Assembly (NCBI GenBank): GCA_037443285.1
Contig: JBBIOQ010000004.1
Span: 23,681 to 87,680 of the forward strand
Direction: 5' to 3'
DNA: 64,000 nt
Source: Sphingobacteriales bacterium
GTDB taxonomy: Bacteria > Bacteroidota > Bacteroidia > Chitinophagales > Chitinophagaceae
Positions 9,291-18,522 of the stretch are shown here, piece by piece. Each line of letters starts with the position of its first letter. Position 1 is the stretch's first letter. The translations under genes were made by a program, and so were the position numbers. The notes under the pieces are model-generated. The model searched no databases, had not been told where the DNA came from, and saw nothing but the letters and a program-made list of their open reading frames with translations.

Positions 9291-10649
9291 TTACACAAGT
9301 TTCAAATTCACCGGGTCCCACATGATGTACTTCTTGCCAAAATAACTGTCGTTGCAGAGCAGCGCAGGTGCGCAAGCCCTGAAGCCAAACATGGGGTCTT
9401 CCACAACGGTGCCGCCTTGACGGATAGCCCTGAAGAAATTACCGAAGTGGTCATAGTGCGCACCTTTGTATCCTTCTTCTGCTTTGTAAACCGTTTCCCT
9501 GGGTGGCAGCATTTTCTTTCTGCCTTCCGGGTTGCCTGCATTTTCCGATGACTTTGATTTAAGGAACGGGTCATCGCTTTCAGCATTGGCATTCAGGCGT
9601 ACCGTTAATTTATCCCACTCCACATCCATACTGCCTTTGCTACCGTTTAGGCGCAGGTAGGTTGTGCCACTGGTGCCGTCAATGAAATTGCAGCGCAGGC
9701 TTAGGTCAAAACTCGGATGCTCTTTCGTTTCCGGATAGTCGAACATGCCCAGCAACACATCAGGTACATCGCGACCATCTTTCCAGTAACGCAGTCCGCC
9801 CATGGCAGCAATTTTTACAGGGCCCATACTGTTGGTAATAAAATGGAGGCTGCTAAATAGATGCACAAACAAATCACCGCTCATGCCGGTACCATAATCG
9901 AGATAATTGCGCCAGCGGAAAAATCGCAATGCGTCGAAGGGATGTTTTGTTGCACCATTTTCGTAGCGTTCCCATGCTACAGTTTCCACTGATGCATCGG
10001 CTGGAATTTTGTATTGCCATGCACCTTCAGGACTCATGCGTGCCCAAAAACCTTCGGCATAATTGAGTTCGCCAATTGCGCCTGCAGCCAACAGTTCTTT
10101 TGCTTTTTCATTTCCCAATGAACTGAGGCCCTGGCTGCCTACCTGGTATACTTTGCCGCTTTTTTTCCATGCATTCACCAGTTGCCATCCTTCGCTAACG
10201 GCATGCAACATGGGCTTTTCGCAGTACACATGTTTGCCCGCTTCAAGTGCAGACACACTGATGGGCATGTGCCAGTGGTCGGGGGTTCCAATGATGACAG
10301 CATCTACATCGGAGCGCTTCAGGAGTTCTTTGTAATCGTTGGTAACAAACAGGTTGCTGCCCCATCGATCTCTTGCAGCATCCAGCCTGCCTTTGTACAA
10401 ATCGCAAACGGCAGTAATAGAAACACCGGCATGCAAAAGTGCTGTTTTCATGTCTTCACTGCCCATACCGCCAGCACCAATAAGGCCCATGCGTATAGGT
10501 TTATCATCATCCCATTCAATATTCTTTCTAAAAATGGATTCATCATTTGCTGAATTTTCATCAGCTGCAAATAGTTTGTTGCCAGCTACAAGCGCTGCGC
10601 CTGCCAAACCCATTTGCTGCAAAAATGATCGACGGTTTTTGTTACTCAT
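9291..10649 (-). CDS. Gfo/Idh/MocA family oxidoreductase with twin-arginine signal
   Basis: 452 aa. N-terminal RRSFLQQMGLAGAALVAG (Tat-like), then the Rossmann motif MGLIGAGGMGSEDM. Confidence 0.85.
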   Translation of the reverse strand: MSNKNRRSFLQQMGLAGAALVAGNKLFAADENSANDESIFRKNIEWDDDKPIRMGLIGAGGMGSEDMKTALLHAGVSITAVCDLYKGRLDAARDRWGSNLFVTNDYKELLKRSDVDAVIIGTPDHWHMPISVSALEAGKHVYCEKPMLHAVSEGWQLVNAWKKSGKVYQVGSQGLSSLGNEKAKELLAAGAIGELNYAEGFWARMSPEGAWQYKIPADASVETVAWERYENGATKHPFDALRFFRWRNYLDYGTGMSGDLFVHLFSSLHFITNSMGPVKIAAMGGLRYWKDGRDVPDVLLGMFDYPETKEHPSFDLSLRCNFIDGTSGTTYLRLNGSKGSMDVEWDKLTVRLNANAESDDPFLKSKSSENAGNPEGRKKMLPPRETVYKAEEGYKGAHYDHFGNFFRAIRQGGTVVEDPMFGFRACAPALLCNDSYFGKKYIMWDPVNLKLV

Positions 10650-10704
10650 AAGGCAATGTTGAATACCGATGAAAGTATAGAAAAATGGTGAACCGGGGAG
10701 AGGC

Positions 10705-10752
10705 GTTGAAAAGTTGAAATGTTTAAAGGTTCAAAAGTTCCATGGTTGGGGG
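10705..10752. repeat. Degenerate octamer tandem array (GTTNAAAN-like, 6 units)
   Basis: Units read directly: gttgaaaa|gttgaaat|gtttaaag|gttcaaaa|gttccatg|gttggggg. Located in the tig-oxidoreductase spacer. Confidence 0.6.
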
Positions 10753-10763
10753 CTGGATACAAA

Positions 10764-10789
10764 AATGCCCCGCAATGATGCGAGGCATT
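10764..10789 (-). terminator. Putative rho-independent terminator of tig
   Basis: On the minus strand, AATGCCTCGC-atcatt-GCGGGGCATT is followed by TTTGTAT. It is preceded by a perfect 10-bp palindrome, TTCATTCATG-t-CATGAATGAA, at 10793-10813. Confidence 0.6.
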
Positions 10790-10836
10790 CTGTTCATTCA
10801 TGACATGAATGAATAAAGCTGGGAATCCTTTTGGGC

Positions 10837-12213
10837 TTAATGATGGTGATGATGTTGCTGGGCAGTGAATTCTTCCACACTCAATTCCACATCATTGAAT
10901 TTGGTGACTTGCGATTCGGCCCAGGTGAACAGCTTGTCGGTCAGCATGTCGTTGTAAGTGCGGTCGATGTATTTGCGGTCCTGCATCATGCGTTCAACAT
11001 AGCTGTCGAGCCATGCTGTGCTTTCATCAAGCGTGGTAACGCCCATGTAGCCCATCATCTGGCGCTTGGCAAATTCACGCAGTTCATCGGGGTGAACACT
11101 CAATTGGTTATCGTGCACCAGCTTGTCGCTGATGAGCGTCCATTTGAGCGAATTGATGAACGAAGGAAATTCCTTCTCTACTTCCTCTGCAGTCTTAGGT
11201 TGTTCGCCGCCAGTTTGCAGCCAGCGTTTCAGGAAATCTTCCGGAAACTGGATTTGGGTATTGTCAATTAGGTAATGATAAATTTCATCCTGCACCTGGG
11301 TGCGTGCCTGTCCTAACCAGTATGCTTCAATATCTTCTTTTACCGCCTGCCTGAATTCTGCTTCGGTGGCGATGGCTTTGCCGGGGAAAAGTTGGTTGAA
11401 GAATTCTTCATTCAATTCACGCTTTTCTACAAAGCCAACTTTGGTGATGGTTACCCTGAAAGATTTATCTGCGGCATCGGCCACTTCATTCAATCCCAGG
11501 TCGCCAATAACCCACTCTAATTCTTTAGCCTCAAATGCTTCGCCAAGTTTTACAGTAATGGCATCATCTTTTTTGAGGCCGCTGAGCTGCGGGCGAACGC
11601 TTTCGGAAAAATAGCTTACCAGCAGGCTGTTGTCTTTGGTGATACCTCCTTCAACCAGATTACCCTCAGCATCCAGTTCGGCAAAAGTCACATTCAATAC
11701 ACACTGGTCGTTGTTTACGGTTTCGGGTTCCTGCATGTTGCCATAGCGGGTTTGCAGGCGGCCAATTTCTTCATTCACCATTTCATCGGTCACTTTCACC
11801 TTGCGGCGCTTGATGGTGGCATCGGCTGGAGAAGCCACAGTGAACGGAGGTTTGAGACCGATTTCAAAACTGAAACTATATTCACTGGGGAGGTCCATGT
11901 TCAATTGGCGAACAGTTTCACCATTGTCATCTGTTGGCAATGGCTGGGCAAAAATTTCAGGCCGCTCTTTTTCGAGGTAGCCGTTGATTTCCTTTTCCAC
12001 CGTGCGCAGAATTTCATCAGTATAAACACTGCTGCCATACATTTTCTTGACTACCTGGATGGGAACCATGCCGGGCCGGAAGCCAGGTATGCGTGCCTGC
12101 TTGCCATAGTTTTTCAAGGCTTTTTCAAAAGCCGGGTAGTAATCTTCCTTCGACAGTTTTACAGTGAGTCTATCGGTGAGCAAACCCACATTTTCTCTGG
12201 TTACTGTAGCCAT
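10837..12213 (-). CDS. tig: Trigger factor (FKBP-type PPIase chaperone) with a native C-terminal His5 tail
   Basis: Start MATVTRENVGLLTDRLTVKL, typical trigger factor length and domain order. I prefer Met22 of the listed ORF (ATG at 12213). It ends ...AQQHHHHH*. Confidence 0.92.
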   Translation of the reverse strand: MATVTRENVGLLTDRLTVKLSKEDYYPAFEKALKNYGKQARIPGFRPGMVPIQVVKKMYGSSVYTDEILRTVEKEINGYLEKERPEIFAQPLPTDDNGETVRQLNMDLPSEYSFSFEIGLKPPFTVASPADATIKRRKVKVTDEMVNEEIGRLQTRYGNMQEPETVNNDQCVLNVTFAELDAEGNLVEGGITKDNSLLVSYFSESVRPQLSGLKKDDAITVKLGEAFEAKELEWVIGDLGLNEVADAADKSFRVTITKVGFVEKRELNEEFFNQLFPGKAIATEAEFRQAVKEDIEAYWLGQARTQVQDEIYHYLIDNTQIQFPEDFLKRWLQTGGEQPKTAEEVEKEFPSFINSLKWTLISDKLVHDNQLSVHPDELREFAKRQMMGYMGVTTLDESTAWLDSYVERMMQDRKYIDRTYNDMLTDKLFTWAESQVTKFNDVELSVEEFTAQQHHHHH

Positions 12214-12255
12214 TGTTTTGTTTGTAGTTTGTAGTTTGAGGTTGGGTAGTTTCCG
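12214..12255 (-). repeat. Heptamer array forming the tig leader ((CTACAAA)n on the sense strand)
   Basis: The sense strand reads ...CCCAACCTCAAACTACAAACTACAAACAAAACA-ATG. It is G-poor and has 7-nt periodicity directly before the start codon. Confidence 0.55.
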
Positions 12256-12322
12256 GGTTAATATGATCATTTTCATGCCTCCCGGCTCAATACCACTATC
12301 AATCCCCCTTAAAATCGGGCTG

Positions 12323-12330
12323 CAAAAGTA
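12323..12330 (-). promoter_or_regulatory. Candidate Bacteroidota -7 promoter box for tig
   Basis: The minus strand reads TACTTTTG, matching the described TAnnTTTG -7 consensus, about 110 nt upstream of the tig ATG. This rests on a single motif match only. Confidence 0.3.
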
Positions 12331-12535
12331 ACGGAATAGGCTGTTGTAAACGCAGTCTTAACAAGGCAATTGCAGCGAAGGCGGTTTCTGGGCTTTTCAT
12401 ATAACGGGCATGCCGCGGCCTCGCAATAATATTTTGGGGCAATACCATAAAATATTAGCATTAAATACTAAAAAGTTTAGTGTGAAAAATTAAATCCCCC
12501 TAACTTCACCGCCTTAATAATTTTATCCTTCAATA

Positions 12536-13582
12536 ATGGCTAAGAAAGACGCAACCTTAGAAACTGAAACCATGAGTAACAACGTTAACTCCGAAAAGCT
12601 AAAGGCACTCAAACTCACCATTGATAAGATTGACAAGGACTTTGGCAAGGGTAGTGTAATGATGATGAATGAGCGGGCCAATACCCAAATCGATGTCATT
12701 TCTACCGGCTCCATTGGCCTGGATGCAGCGCTGGGAATCGGCGGCTTGCCAAGGGGGCGTATTGTTGAAATCTACGGACCTGAATCGAGTGGTAAAACCA
12801 CCATTGCCACGCATGTGATAGCTGAAGCGCAAAAGAAGGGTGGCATGTGCGCCATAATAGATGCCGAACATGCTTTTGACAGCAACTATGCGCAAAAACT
12901 GGGCGTGGACGTTGACAACCTGCTCATTAGCCAGCCCGACTATGGCGAGCAGGCGTTGGAGATTGCCGACCGGCTTATTCTCTCAGGGGCACTGGATGTA
13001 GTAGTGATTGACTCGGTAGCTGCACTGGTGCCAAAAGGAGAATTGGAAGGCGAAATGGGTGACAGCAAAATGGGCCTGCAGGCACGCCTTATGAGCCAGG
13101 CTTTGCGTAAACTCACTGCCACTATCAGCAAGACAAATACAATATGCATCTTCATCAACCAGCTTCGCGAAAAAATTGGTGTGATGTTTGGCAATCCCGA
13201 AACCACTACCGGCGGCAATGCACTTAAGTTTTATGCTTCCATACGGCTCGATATACGTCGTATCAGCCAATTGAAAGATGGCGACGAAGCTGTAGGCAAC
13301 AGGGCCAGGGTGAAGGTGGTGAAGAACAAAGTGGCACCGCCTTTCCGCCAGGCTGAGTTCGACATCATTTTTGGTGAAGGCATCAGCAAAATGGGCGAGA
13401 TAGTTGACATGGGCGTGGAACTTGGCATACTGCAAAAAAGCGGTAGCTGGTTCAGCTACGACACCAACAAGCTGGGCCAGGGCCGCGATGCGGTGAAAGA
13501 ATTGCTGCGCGACAATCCGGAACTCAACGCTGAAATTGAAGGCAAAATCAGGGAGAAAATCAGGGAAATGCAAGCGGCATGA
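12536..13582 (+). CDS. recA: Recombinase RecA
   Basis: 348 aa. Walker [10 protein letters not shown], plus the conserved blocks [14 protein letters not shown] and NALKF. Confidence 0.98.
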   Translation: MAKKDATLETETMSNNVNSEKLKALKLTIDKIDKDFGKGSVMMMNERANTQIDVISTGSIGLDAALGIGGLPRGRIVEIYGPESSGKTTIATHVIAEAQKKGGMCAIIDAEHAFDSNYAQKLGVDVDNLLISQPDYGEQALEIADRLILSGALDVVVIDSVAALVPKGELEGEMGDSKMGLQARLMSQALRKLTATISKTNTICIFINQLREKIGVMFGNPETTTGGNALKFYASIRLDIRRISQLKDGDEAVGNRARVKVVKNKVAPPFRQAEFDIIFGEGISKMGEIVDMGVELGILQKSGSWFSYDTNKLGQGRDAVKELLRDNPELNAEIEGKIREKIREMQAA

Positions 13583-13667
13583 TTCTTGCCTGCTTTTGGA
13601 TAGTCCATCTATCCTAAGCTGGCATTTAGGTTGCCCGTTCTATTAGGATAATGGGTTTGTAAATACA

Positions 13668-13707
13668 AAGCCGTCTCCACCAGCCAGGAGACGGCTTGAT
13701 TTTTTTT
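13668..13707 (+). terminator. Rho-independent terminator after recA (possibly bidirectional)
   Basis: AAAGCCGTCTCC-accagcca-GGAGACGGCTT followed by GATTTTTTTT. It sits between the convergent recA and response regulator genes. Confidence 0.85.
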
Positions 13708-13709
13708 AC

Positions 13710-14357
13710 TCAATAAGTGCCCAGGTAGCCCTTGCGCATTGCGAACATAGCCAGACCTACCCGCGATTTCAATCCTAGTTTTTCGAACAGTGATTCACGG
13801 TAACCATCAATGGTGCGGGGACTCAGATCCATACGGTCGGCTATTTCCTTATACGTATGCTCGGTGGCGCAAAGCCGGAGGAATTCAATTTCTTTTGGAG
13901 TAATGTGAACAGGGTCCTGTCCATCATCAGTCACATCATCTTGAATTATGGCGTGCAGAAGTTTGCCTGTGACCATTTCATTAAAGTAAATGCCCTTTTC
14001 CACCAGGGCATGCAGCGCTTCCCGCAGTTCAGATGGTTCTGAATCTTTGAGCATATAACCCTTGGCGCCCGACCGTATCATCTTTATTACGGCCGATTCA
14101 TCATCCATCATACTCAGGGCCAGCACTTTTACATCCGGGCGATTCTTTGTCATCCATTTGCAGGTTTCAAAACCATCCATATCTGGCATCCTTATGTCAA
14201 GCAGCAGAATTTCAGGTGATTCTAAAGCCAACATTTCAATGACTTCTTTGCCATTGGCAGCCTGCCATATCACACGGTAATCGCCAAAACTATTGATCAT
14301 GTTCGCTAGGCTTTGCCTGATGAGCGCATGATCGTCGGCCATTGCTATCCTAATCAT
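13710..14357 (-). CDS. NarL/LuxR-family response regulator
   Basis: 215 aa. Receiver domain (MADDH...LLDIRMPDMDG...K), then a LuxR-type HTH (LTPKEIEFLRL...YKEIADRMDLSPRTIDGYRESLFEKL). Confidence 0.92.
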   Translation of the reverse strand: MIRIAMADDHALIRQSLANMINSFGDYRVIWQAANGKEVIEMLALESPEILLLDIRMPDMDGFETCKWMTKNRPDVKVLALSMMDDESAVIKMIRSGAKGYMLKDSEPSELREALHALVEKGIYFNEMVTGKLLHAIIQDDVTDDGQDPVHITPKEIEFLRLCATEHTYKEIADRMDLSPRTIDGYRESLFEKLGLKSRVGLAMFAMRKGYLGTY

Positions 14358-14364
14358 ATTCCTC

Positions 14365-15129
14365 TTAGCTTAACGATGTATTCGGCAGCCAAATTAGGGT
14401 TTTAAGGCCATTTGGCTGGTTGGGTAAAAACTCGATCTTTCCTTTCAGGAGTGCGGCCCTGTTTCTAAGGCTGGTGAGTCCAATGCTGGATGAAGCTTTT
14501 TGGGGCAGCCCGATTCCGTTGTCAGTGCAAGTAATGGTAAATCCTTCTTCACCAAATTGCAGATTTACATCAAATTGATTGCCACCGGAATGTTTGATGG
14601 CATTGTTCATCAACTCTTGTACCATGCGAAAAAGAATGACTTCCGTTGCTGCTTTTTCCACTTTTCCGTTGCCTGATGTTGTCAAAATTCCCTTCCAGCT
14701 TCCTGTTTTGTTCAGGGCATCAACCATGTTTTGCAGTGAGGGCAAAAGCCCTTGCTGCGCCACTTTTTCCGGGTGAAGACTCTTACTGATTTGCCTGAGC
14801 TCTCCTATAGCATGCGTCACCTGTGCTTTCACATCAGCAAGCATATTGGCATCATTTGGGGTTGCACCAAAAGCATTCAGTTGAAGCTTTACCAAACCGA
14901 GCCGTTGCCCGAGGTTATCGTGCAGTTCCTGGCTCACTGTTTGCAGTGTTTGCTCCTGAATTTCAATTTGCGAACGCAGCATTTCCTGCTGCAATTCCGC
15001 CATCTGCACCAAATGCTTCTGACGTTTGCGCTGGAAGACCAGGAAAACGGTGAGTACAAACAGCCCGATTATTAAACCAAGGCCGGTGAGTGCATACACT
15101 AAAAAGTTAAGCTCTTCTGCTGTTTCCAT
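14365..15129 (-). CDS. Sensor histidine kinase core (HisKA_3 + HATPase_c) with a single TM helix
   Basis: 254 aa with one N-terminal TM, H-box SQELHDNLGQRL, N-box ELMNNAIKHS and G-box DNGIGL. There is no sensing domain of its own. Confidence 0.88.
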   Translation of the reverse strand: METAEELNFLVYALTGLGLIIGLFVLTVFLVFQRKRQKHLVQMAELQQEMLRSQIEIQEQTLQTVSQELHDNLGQRLGLVKLQLNAFGATPNDANMLADVKAQVTHAIGELRQISKSLHPEKVAQQGLLPSLQNMVDALNKTGSWKGILTTSGNGKVEKAATEVILFRMVQELMNNAIKHSGGNQFDVNLQFGEEGFTITCTDNGIGLPQKASSSIGLTSLRNRAALLKGKIEFLPNQPNGLKTLIWLPNTSLS

Positions 15130-15770
15130 TGAATGAGAAAATCAAATGAAATCAAACTATACATTACAATAGCCATTGCGTTAGACAAGATAAACACCCG
15201 CTTTGCAAGCACAAGGTCGTCTGCCATTAGCAGGTTGAACATGCCGAATGAAGGCAAAATAGAAAGAAAGTAAAAAAAAAGGCCAACGCTGCTCCAGAAC
15301 AATGGAAACCTGAAAGGTTGAAGCACATTATCTGCATTGAATAAAAAGAAGAAATAAAGCAGTGCACAAATAATTACAAATACCGAACCGGCTACCATGT
15401 ATGGTGTGTGCAGGGTATTCCAGCCATAATCAACAAGTGAATAAAGCAATATCAAAGGTGTAATTAGCCAGAATGCAATGCTAAGTTTATACCAGTTTGA
15501 ACGCCTGGTTTTAAAGAAATGAAAATAGGCCCATGCAAGCAGTGGAAACCTGATATAGTTGTAAATATTTTGAATGAAATGATTGCGTATTTGGTGGTTG
15601 CTGGTAATCCTGATGACTAGGGTATTCAGTCCAGTGGCAATCAAAAAAAACAGAAGGATTTTAAACTCTTTTGAGGTTCGCCTATTGGTGGTAAATAATG
15701 CTATCAAAATAGCCAATGAAATGACTATGTAAGAAGTGACCCGCAGAATTTCATAAATGCGCATTTCCAT
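15099..15770 (-). CDS. Seven-TM membrane protein overlapping the kinase gene by 31 nt (possible detached sensor module)
   Basis: 223 aa with about 7 hydrophobic helices and no soluble domain. The stop at 15099 lies inside the kinase ORF (start 15129) in another frame. Confidence 0.7.
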   Translation of the reverse strand: MEMRIYEILRVTSYIVISLAILIALFTTNRRTSKEFKILLFFLIATGLNTLVIRITSNHQIRNHFIQNIYNYIRFPLLAWAYFHFFKTRRSNWYKLSIAFWLITPLILLYSLVDYGWNTLHTPYMVAGSVFVIICALLYFFFLFNADNVLQPFRFPLFWSSVGLFFYFLSILPSFGMFNLLMADDLVLAKRVFILSNAMAIVMYSLISFDFLIQWKQQKSLTF

Positions 15771-15773
15771 AGG

Positions 15774-16160
15774 CTACAGCTTTGTTTCATCCTCACTGCA
15801 CAACGGAGGGCAGAGTTGTGATTCATTGTAAACCTGGGCATCAGTGCCATCTGCACCCAGCATGTTTACTTGTTTGCCATCCGAATCTTGGGTGGACACC
15901 ATTACCAGTGTAAGCCGGTTGTCCAGTGCTAGCTGGTCTTTGGAAAGCATTGATGCATCATATGCCCCAAAATAGAAGCGTATTCCACTTACAGGGTGGT
16001 TGGCTGGTAGTTCAATACCCAGCGCTGCAGCTACCACATCAGCCGAAAACCAGGTTGACATTGTGTCGTTCTTTGGCAACACATTGCCGAGTTTGCTATT
16101 TGTGTAATTGGCGGCCAGTTTTCTTGCCTGCTCGAGTGTTATTTTTTTTCCAACTGACAT
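15774..16160 (-). CDS. Hypothetical small soluble protein, first gene of the two-component operon
   Basis: 128-aa ORF with no signal peptide and no motif I recognise. Its stop is 4 nt upstream of the 7-TM gene start. Confidence 0.55.
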   Translation of the reverse strand: MSVGKKITLEQARKLAANYTNSKLGNVLPKNDTMSTWFSADVVAAALGIELPANHPVSGIRFYFGAYDASMLSKDQLALDNRLTLVMVSTQDSDGKQVNMLGADGTDAQVYNESQLCPPLCSEDETKL

Positions 16161-16422
16161 TATGATTTGATTTTATGGGTGAAAAGTGGTGGTAGTCAAT
16201 TGCTACAAACATAAAGCGGTCTATGCAAAGAGGCTATTTATCCAGAAAAAACGTGAGTAATCAAGGTTTTTAGGTGAGTTATGCACATTGGGTGCAAATA
16301 ATAATAAAAAATAATCTATAGCTATTGTTTAAACAATGGTTTTTTACATCTTTGTACTGCTGTTGGATTATTACCCTGATTCATGCAGCATTACCCTAAG
16401 CCTTGAAACAAACCGCAATCAG

Positions 16423-16452
16423 TGCCTATGCCGCCAAAAGCTCGCATAGGCA
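16423..16452 (-). terminator. Putative terminator hairpin after the M20 peptidase gene
   Basis: TGCCTATGC-gagcttttggc-GCATAGGCA, 10 nt past the stop codon (16462-16464) on the minus strand. The T-rich tail is weak. Confidence 0.5.
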
Positions 16453-16461
16453 TTGTTGTTT

Positions 16462-17751
16462 TCAGCGGGTAAGGCGGTAAACAAGCAGCGCCGCCCGCTC
16501 AGTAAGTTTCGGCCATTCACGCAGGTTGATGATTTCACCGGGTGCATGGGCTCCGTTGCCCGAAGCGCCCAATCCATCAATACAATCAACATATTGAGCC
16601 ACCCAACTAATGTCGCCTGCCCCACGGCTGCCAGGGTCACCGGCACGGGTGGGGCCAATGCCCATATCAATGGTCACTTTGCTGAGTAACTCCACCAATT
16701 GCTGGTTGCCGGGTTTGGGCTCCATACCAGGGAAGCCATCGTAGAATTCAATCGTTGATTTGGTCCCTGTGAGGCTGTTAGCAACAATTTTCCGCATCCG
16801 GCCGCGGGCATTTTCCTTTTGTGATTCGGTCAGGAACCGCAGGTCGCCATGCACAACCGCTGAAGGTGCTATGATGTTGGTTTTACCCGAAACAGTGGCA
16901 CGCAGGTTTTCGTCATCGTTATTCAGTTCGGTGCCGCCTGCAATAATTCCTGGGTTGAACGTGAGGTATTTTTCGCCTTCCAGTTCCTTGCGGAAATCTG
17001 TGAGCACCCGGCTTGCTTCGTAAATAGCACCGTATCCTCCGTTGGCAGTAAACACGCCTGCCGAATGTGCCTGTTTTGCTTCCACGGTCAGTTTCCAAGT
17101 GCTGCTTCCACGGCGTCCGGTAGCCACGGTGCTCATACCTTGTGCTGTTTCAAAGCCTAGTGCCACATCGCATTGTTTGGCACGGGCTATGAAATCCTGC
17201 CGGCTCACCCATTCGGGATAGCCTGTTTTTTCCTCATCGCCGGTGAAGTAGCAAACAATGGTGGCCTCGCGAAGAAGGTCGAGGTTGTAAAGTGCCTGGC
17301 AAACGGCCAGCATCATCACATCGCCTCCCTTCATGTCTACCACGCCCTGCCCCGTGGCTGTGCTGTCGGTAAGCATGCGAAAAGGATTGGCTTCCATGTC
17401 GGGTTCAAACACGGTATCAAGATGGCCAATGAGCAACAGTTTTTTGCCCTTGGTGCCTTTATGGTATGCCACCAGGTGACCTGCTCTTTTGAGGGAATCG
17501 GGCACAGCCACCCATTCTGTTTTGAAACCAATCCTGCGGTATTCATTTGCCAGCCTGTCGCCCACAGCTTTCACACCGGCAATGTTGAGCGAACCGCTGT
17601 TGATATTTACGATGTCTTCCAGCAATTTGAGGTTGGCCGCATGATTTTTGCGTACTTCTTCAACCAACTTTTTTTCGACAGTGGAAAGGGATTGCGCCTT
17701 TAAGAGAGGCATTGAAAGCAGGCATGCAAAAGCCATCAGCAGTTTTCTCAT
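16462..17751 (-). CDS. M20 family metallopeptidase (carboxypeptidase G2-like), secreted
   Basis: Motifs GHLDTVF, VDMKGG and FTGDEEKTG. Signal peptide MRKLLMAFACLLSMPLLKAQ; Met20 of the listed ORF is the preferred start. Confidence 0.88.
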   Translation of the reverse strand: MRKLLMAFACLLSMPLLKAQSLSTVEKKLVEEVRKNHAANLKLLEDIVNINSGSLNIAGVKAVGDRLANEYRRIGFKTEWVAVPDSLKRAGHLVAYHKGTKGKKLLLIGHLDTVFEPDMEANPFRMLTDSTATGQGVVDMKGGDVMMLAVCQALYNLDLLREATIVCYFTGDEEKTGYPEWVSRQDFIARAKQCDVALGFETAQGMSTVATGRRGSSTWKLTVEAKQAHSAGVFTANGGYGAIYEASRVLTDFRKELEGEKYLTFNPGIIAGGTELNNDDENLRATVSGKTNIIAPSAVVHGDLRFLTESQKENARGRMRKIVANSLTGTKSTIEFYDGFPGMEPKPGNQQLVELLSKVTIDMGIGPTRAGDPGSRGAGDISWVAQYVDCIDGLGASGNGAHAPGEIINLREWPKLTERAALLVYRLTR

Positions 17752-17907
17752 TGAGCAGCTCCTTGTTTTAATGACCGAAAATAAGACGATGGAATTTTCA
17801 GAAGTCATTCATGCAAAACTGACCAGTTTCTGGCAGTGTTTTTTTCGCTGACTACATTTTACAGGAGTTAACTTGCAGCATACTTCCAAAATGTTTTCAA
17901 TGAAATT

Positions 17908-18486
17908 TTGTTCATGAATGCCATACAACATATGGTCCACTACATGCAAACGATTAGCCCGCTGTCACCCGCGGCTGCAAAGGCTTTGGAAGATATCTGT
18001 GTTGAAGTTGAGTTTGCGAAAAACGAACTGGTAAAACCCATTGGTCACACTTGCAAAACCATCTATTTTGTGATGGAAGGAGCGCTGCGTATTTACTATT
18101 ACAAAGACGGAATTGATGTGACAGAAAGCTTTGAATTCGAAAACGCATTCGTTGCCCGGGCCGAAAGTTTATTTTCCGGAAGGCCATCTCAAAAAGCTAT
18201 TCAGGCCATTGAAAACACAAAGCTCATTGCTATTCATTCTTCACGGCTTTTTCAATTGTACGATGCTTTCCATGAACTTGAAAGGCTTTTCAGAAGAGTG
18301 TTTGAAGACGCTTATGTGAAAACCGTGAACCGCTTGGAGAGCATACAGTTTCATACGGCTGAAGAAAGGTATCAACGCCTGCTACAGGACCATGCCAATA
18401 TTCTGCAACGCGTACCACTCAAATACATTGCCTCCTACCTGGGCATTACACAAGTTAGCCTGAGCAGGATTAGAGCGATGAAGTGA
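17908..18486 (+). CDS. Crp/Fnr family transcriptional regulator
   Basis: 192 aa. cNMP-binding-like beta-roll region, then a C-terminal HTH (IASYLGITQVSLSRIR). Confidence 0.85.
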   Translation: MFMNAIQHMVHYMQTISPLSPAAAKALEDICVEVEFAKNELVKPIGHTCKTIYFVMEGALRIYYYKDGIDVTESFEFENAFVARAESLFSGRPSQKAIQAIENTKLIAIHSSRLFQLYDAFHELERLFRRVFEDAYVKTVNRLESIQFHTAEERYQRLLQDHANILQRVPLKYIASYLGITQVSLSRIRAMK

Positions 18487-18522
18487 TTATTTATCATATG
18501 TAAAAAGAATAATGATCACGGT

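Noticed and set aside
10837-10857. The His5 tail of trigger factor as a cloning artefact, meaning contamination by an expression construct.
   Set aside because: There are five rather than six His, with mixed codons. There is no linker, protease site or vector sequence. Native terminator hairpins and neighbouring chromosomal genes flank it.
12214-12276. N-terminal extensions in the ORF track for tig. The same applies to 41937-42002 (SusC), 17752-17808 (M20), 37401-37454 (FAH), 21066-21113 (rlmD), 26852-26878 (PLP enzyme), 55528-55602 (gatB), 58612-58677 (TetR), 59224-59331 (XRE) and 52167-52211.
   Set aside because: Internal Met codons give canonical family N-termini or proper signal peptides. 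Several extensions run through repeat arrays or terminator hairpins, for example 52152-52183.
12983-13573. A 196-aa ORF antisense to recA.
   Set aside because: It lies entirely inside the highly conserved recA coding sequence. It has no start context or recognisable motif, so it is a typical antisense shadow ORF.
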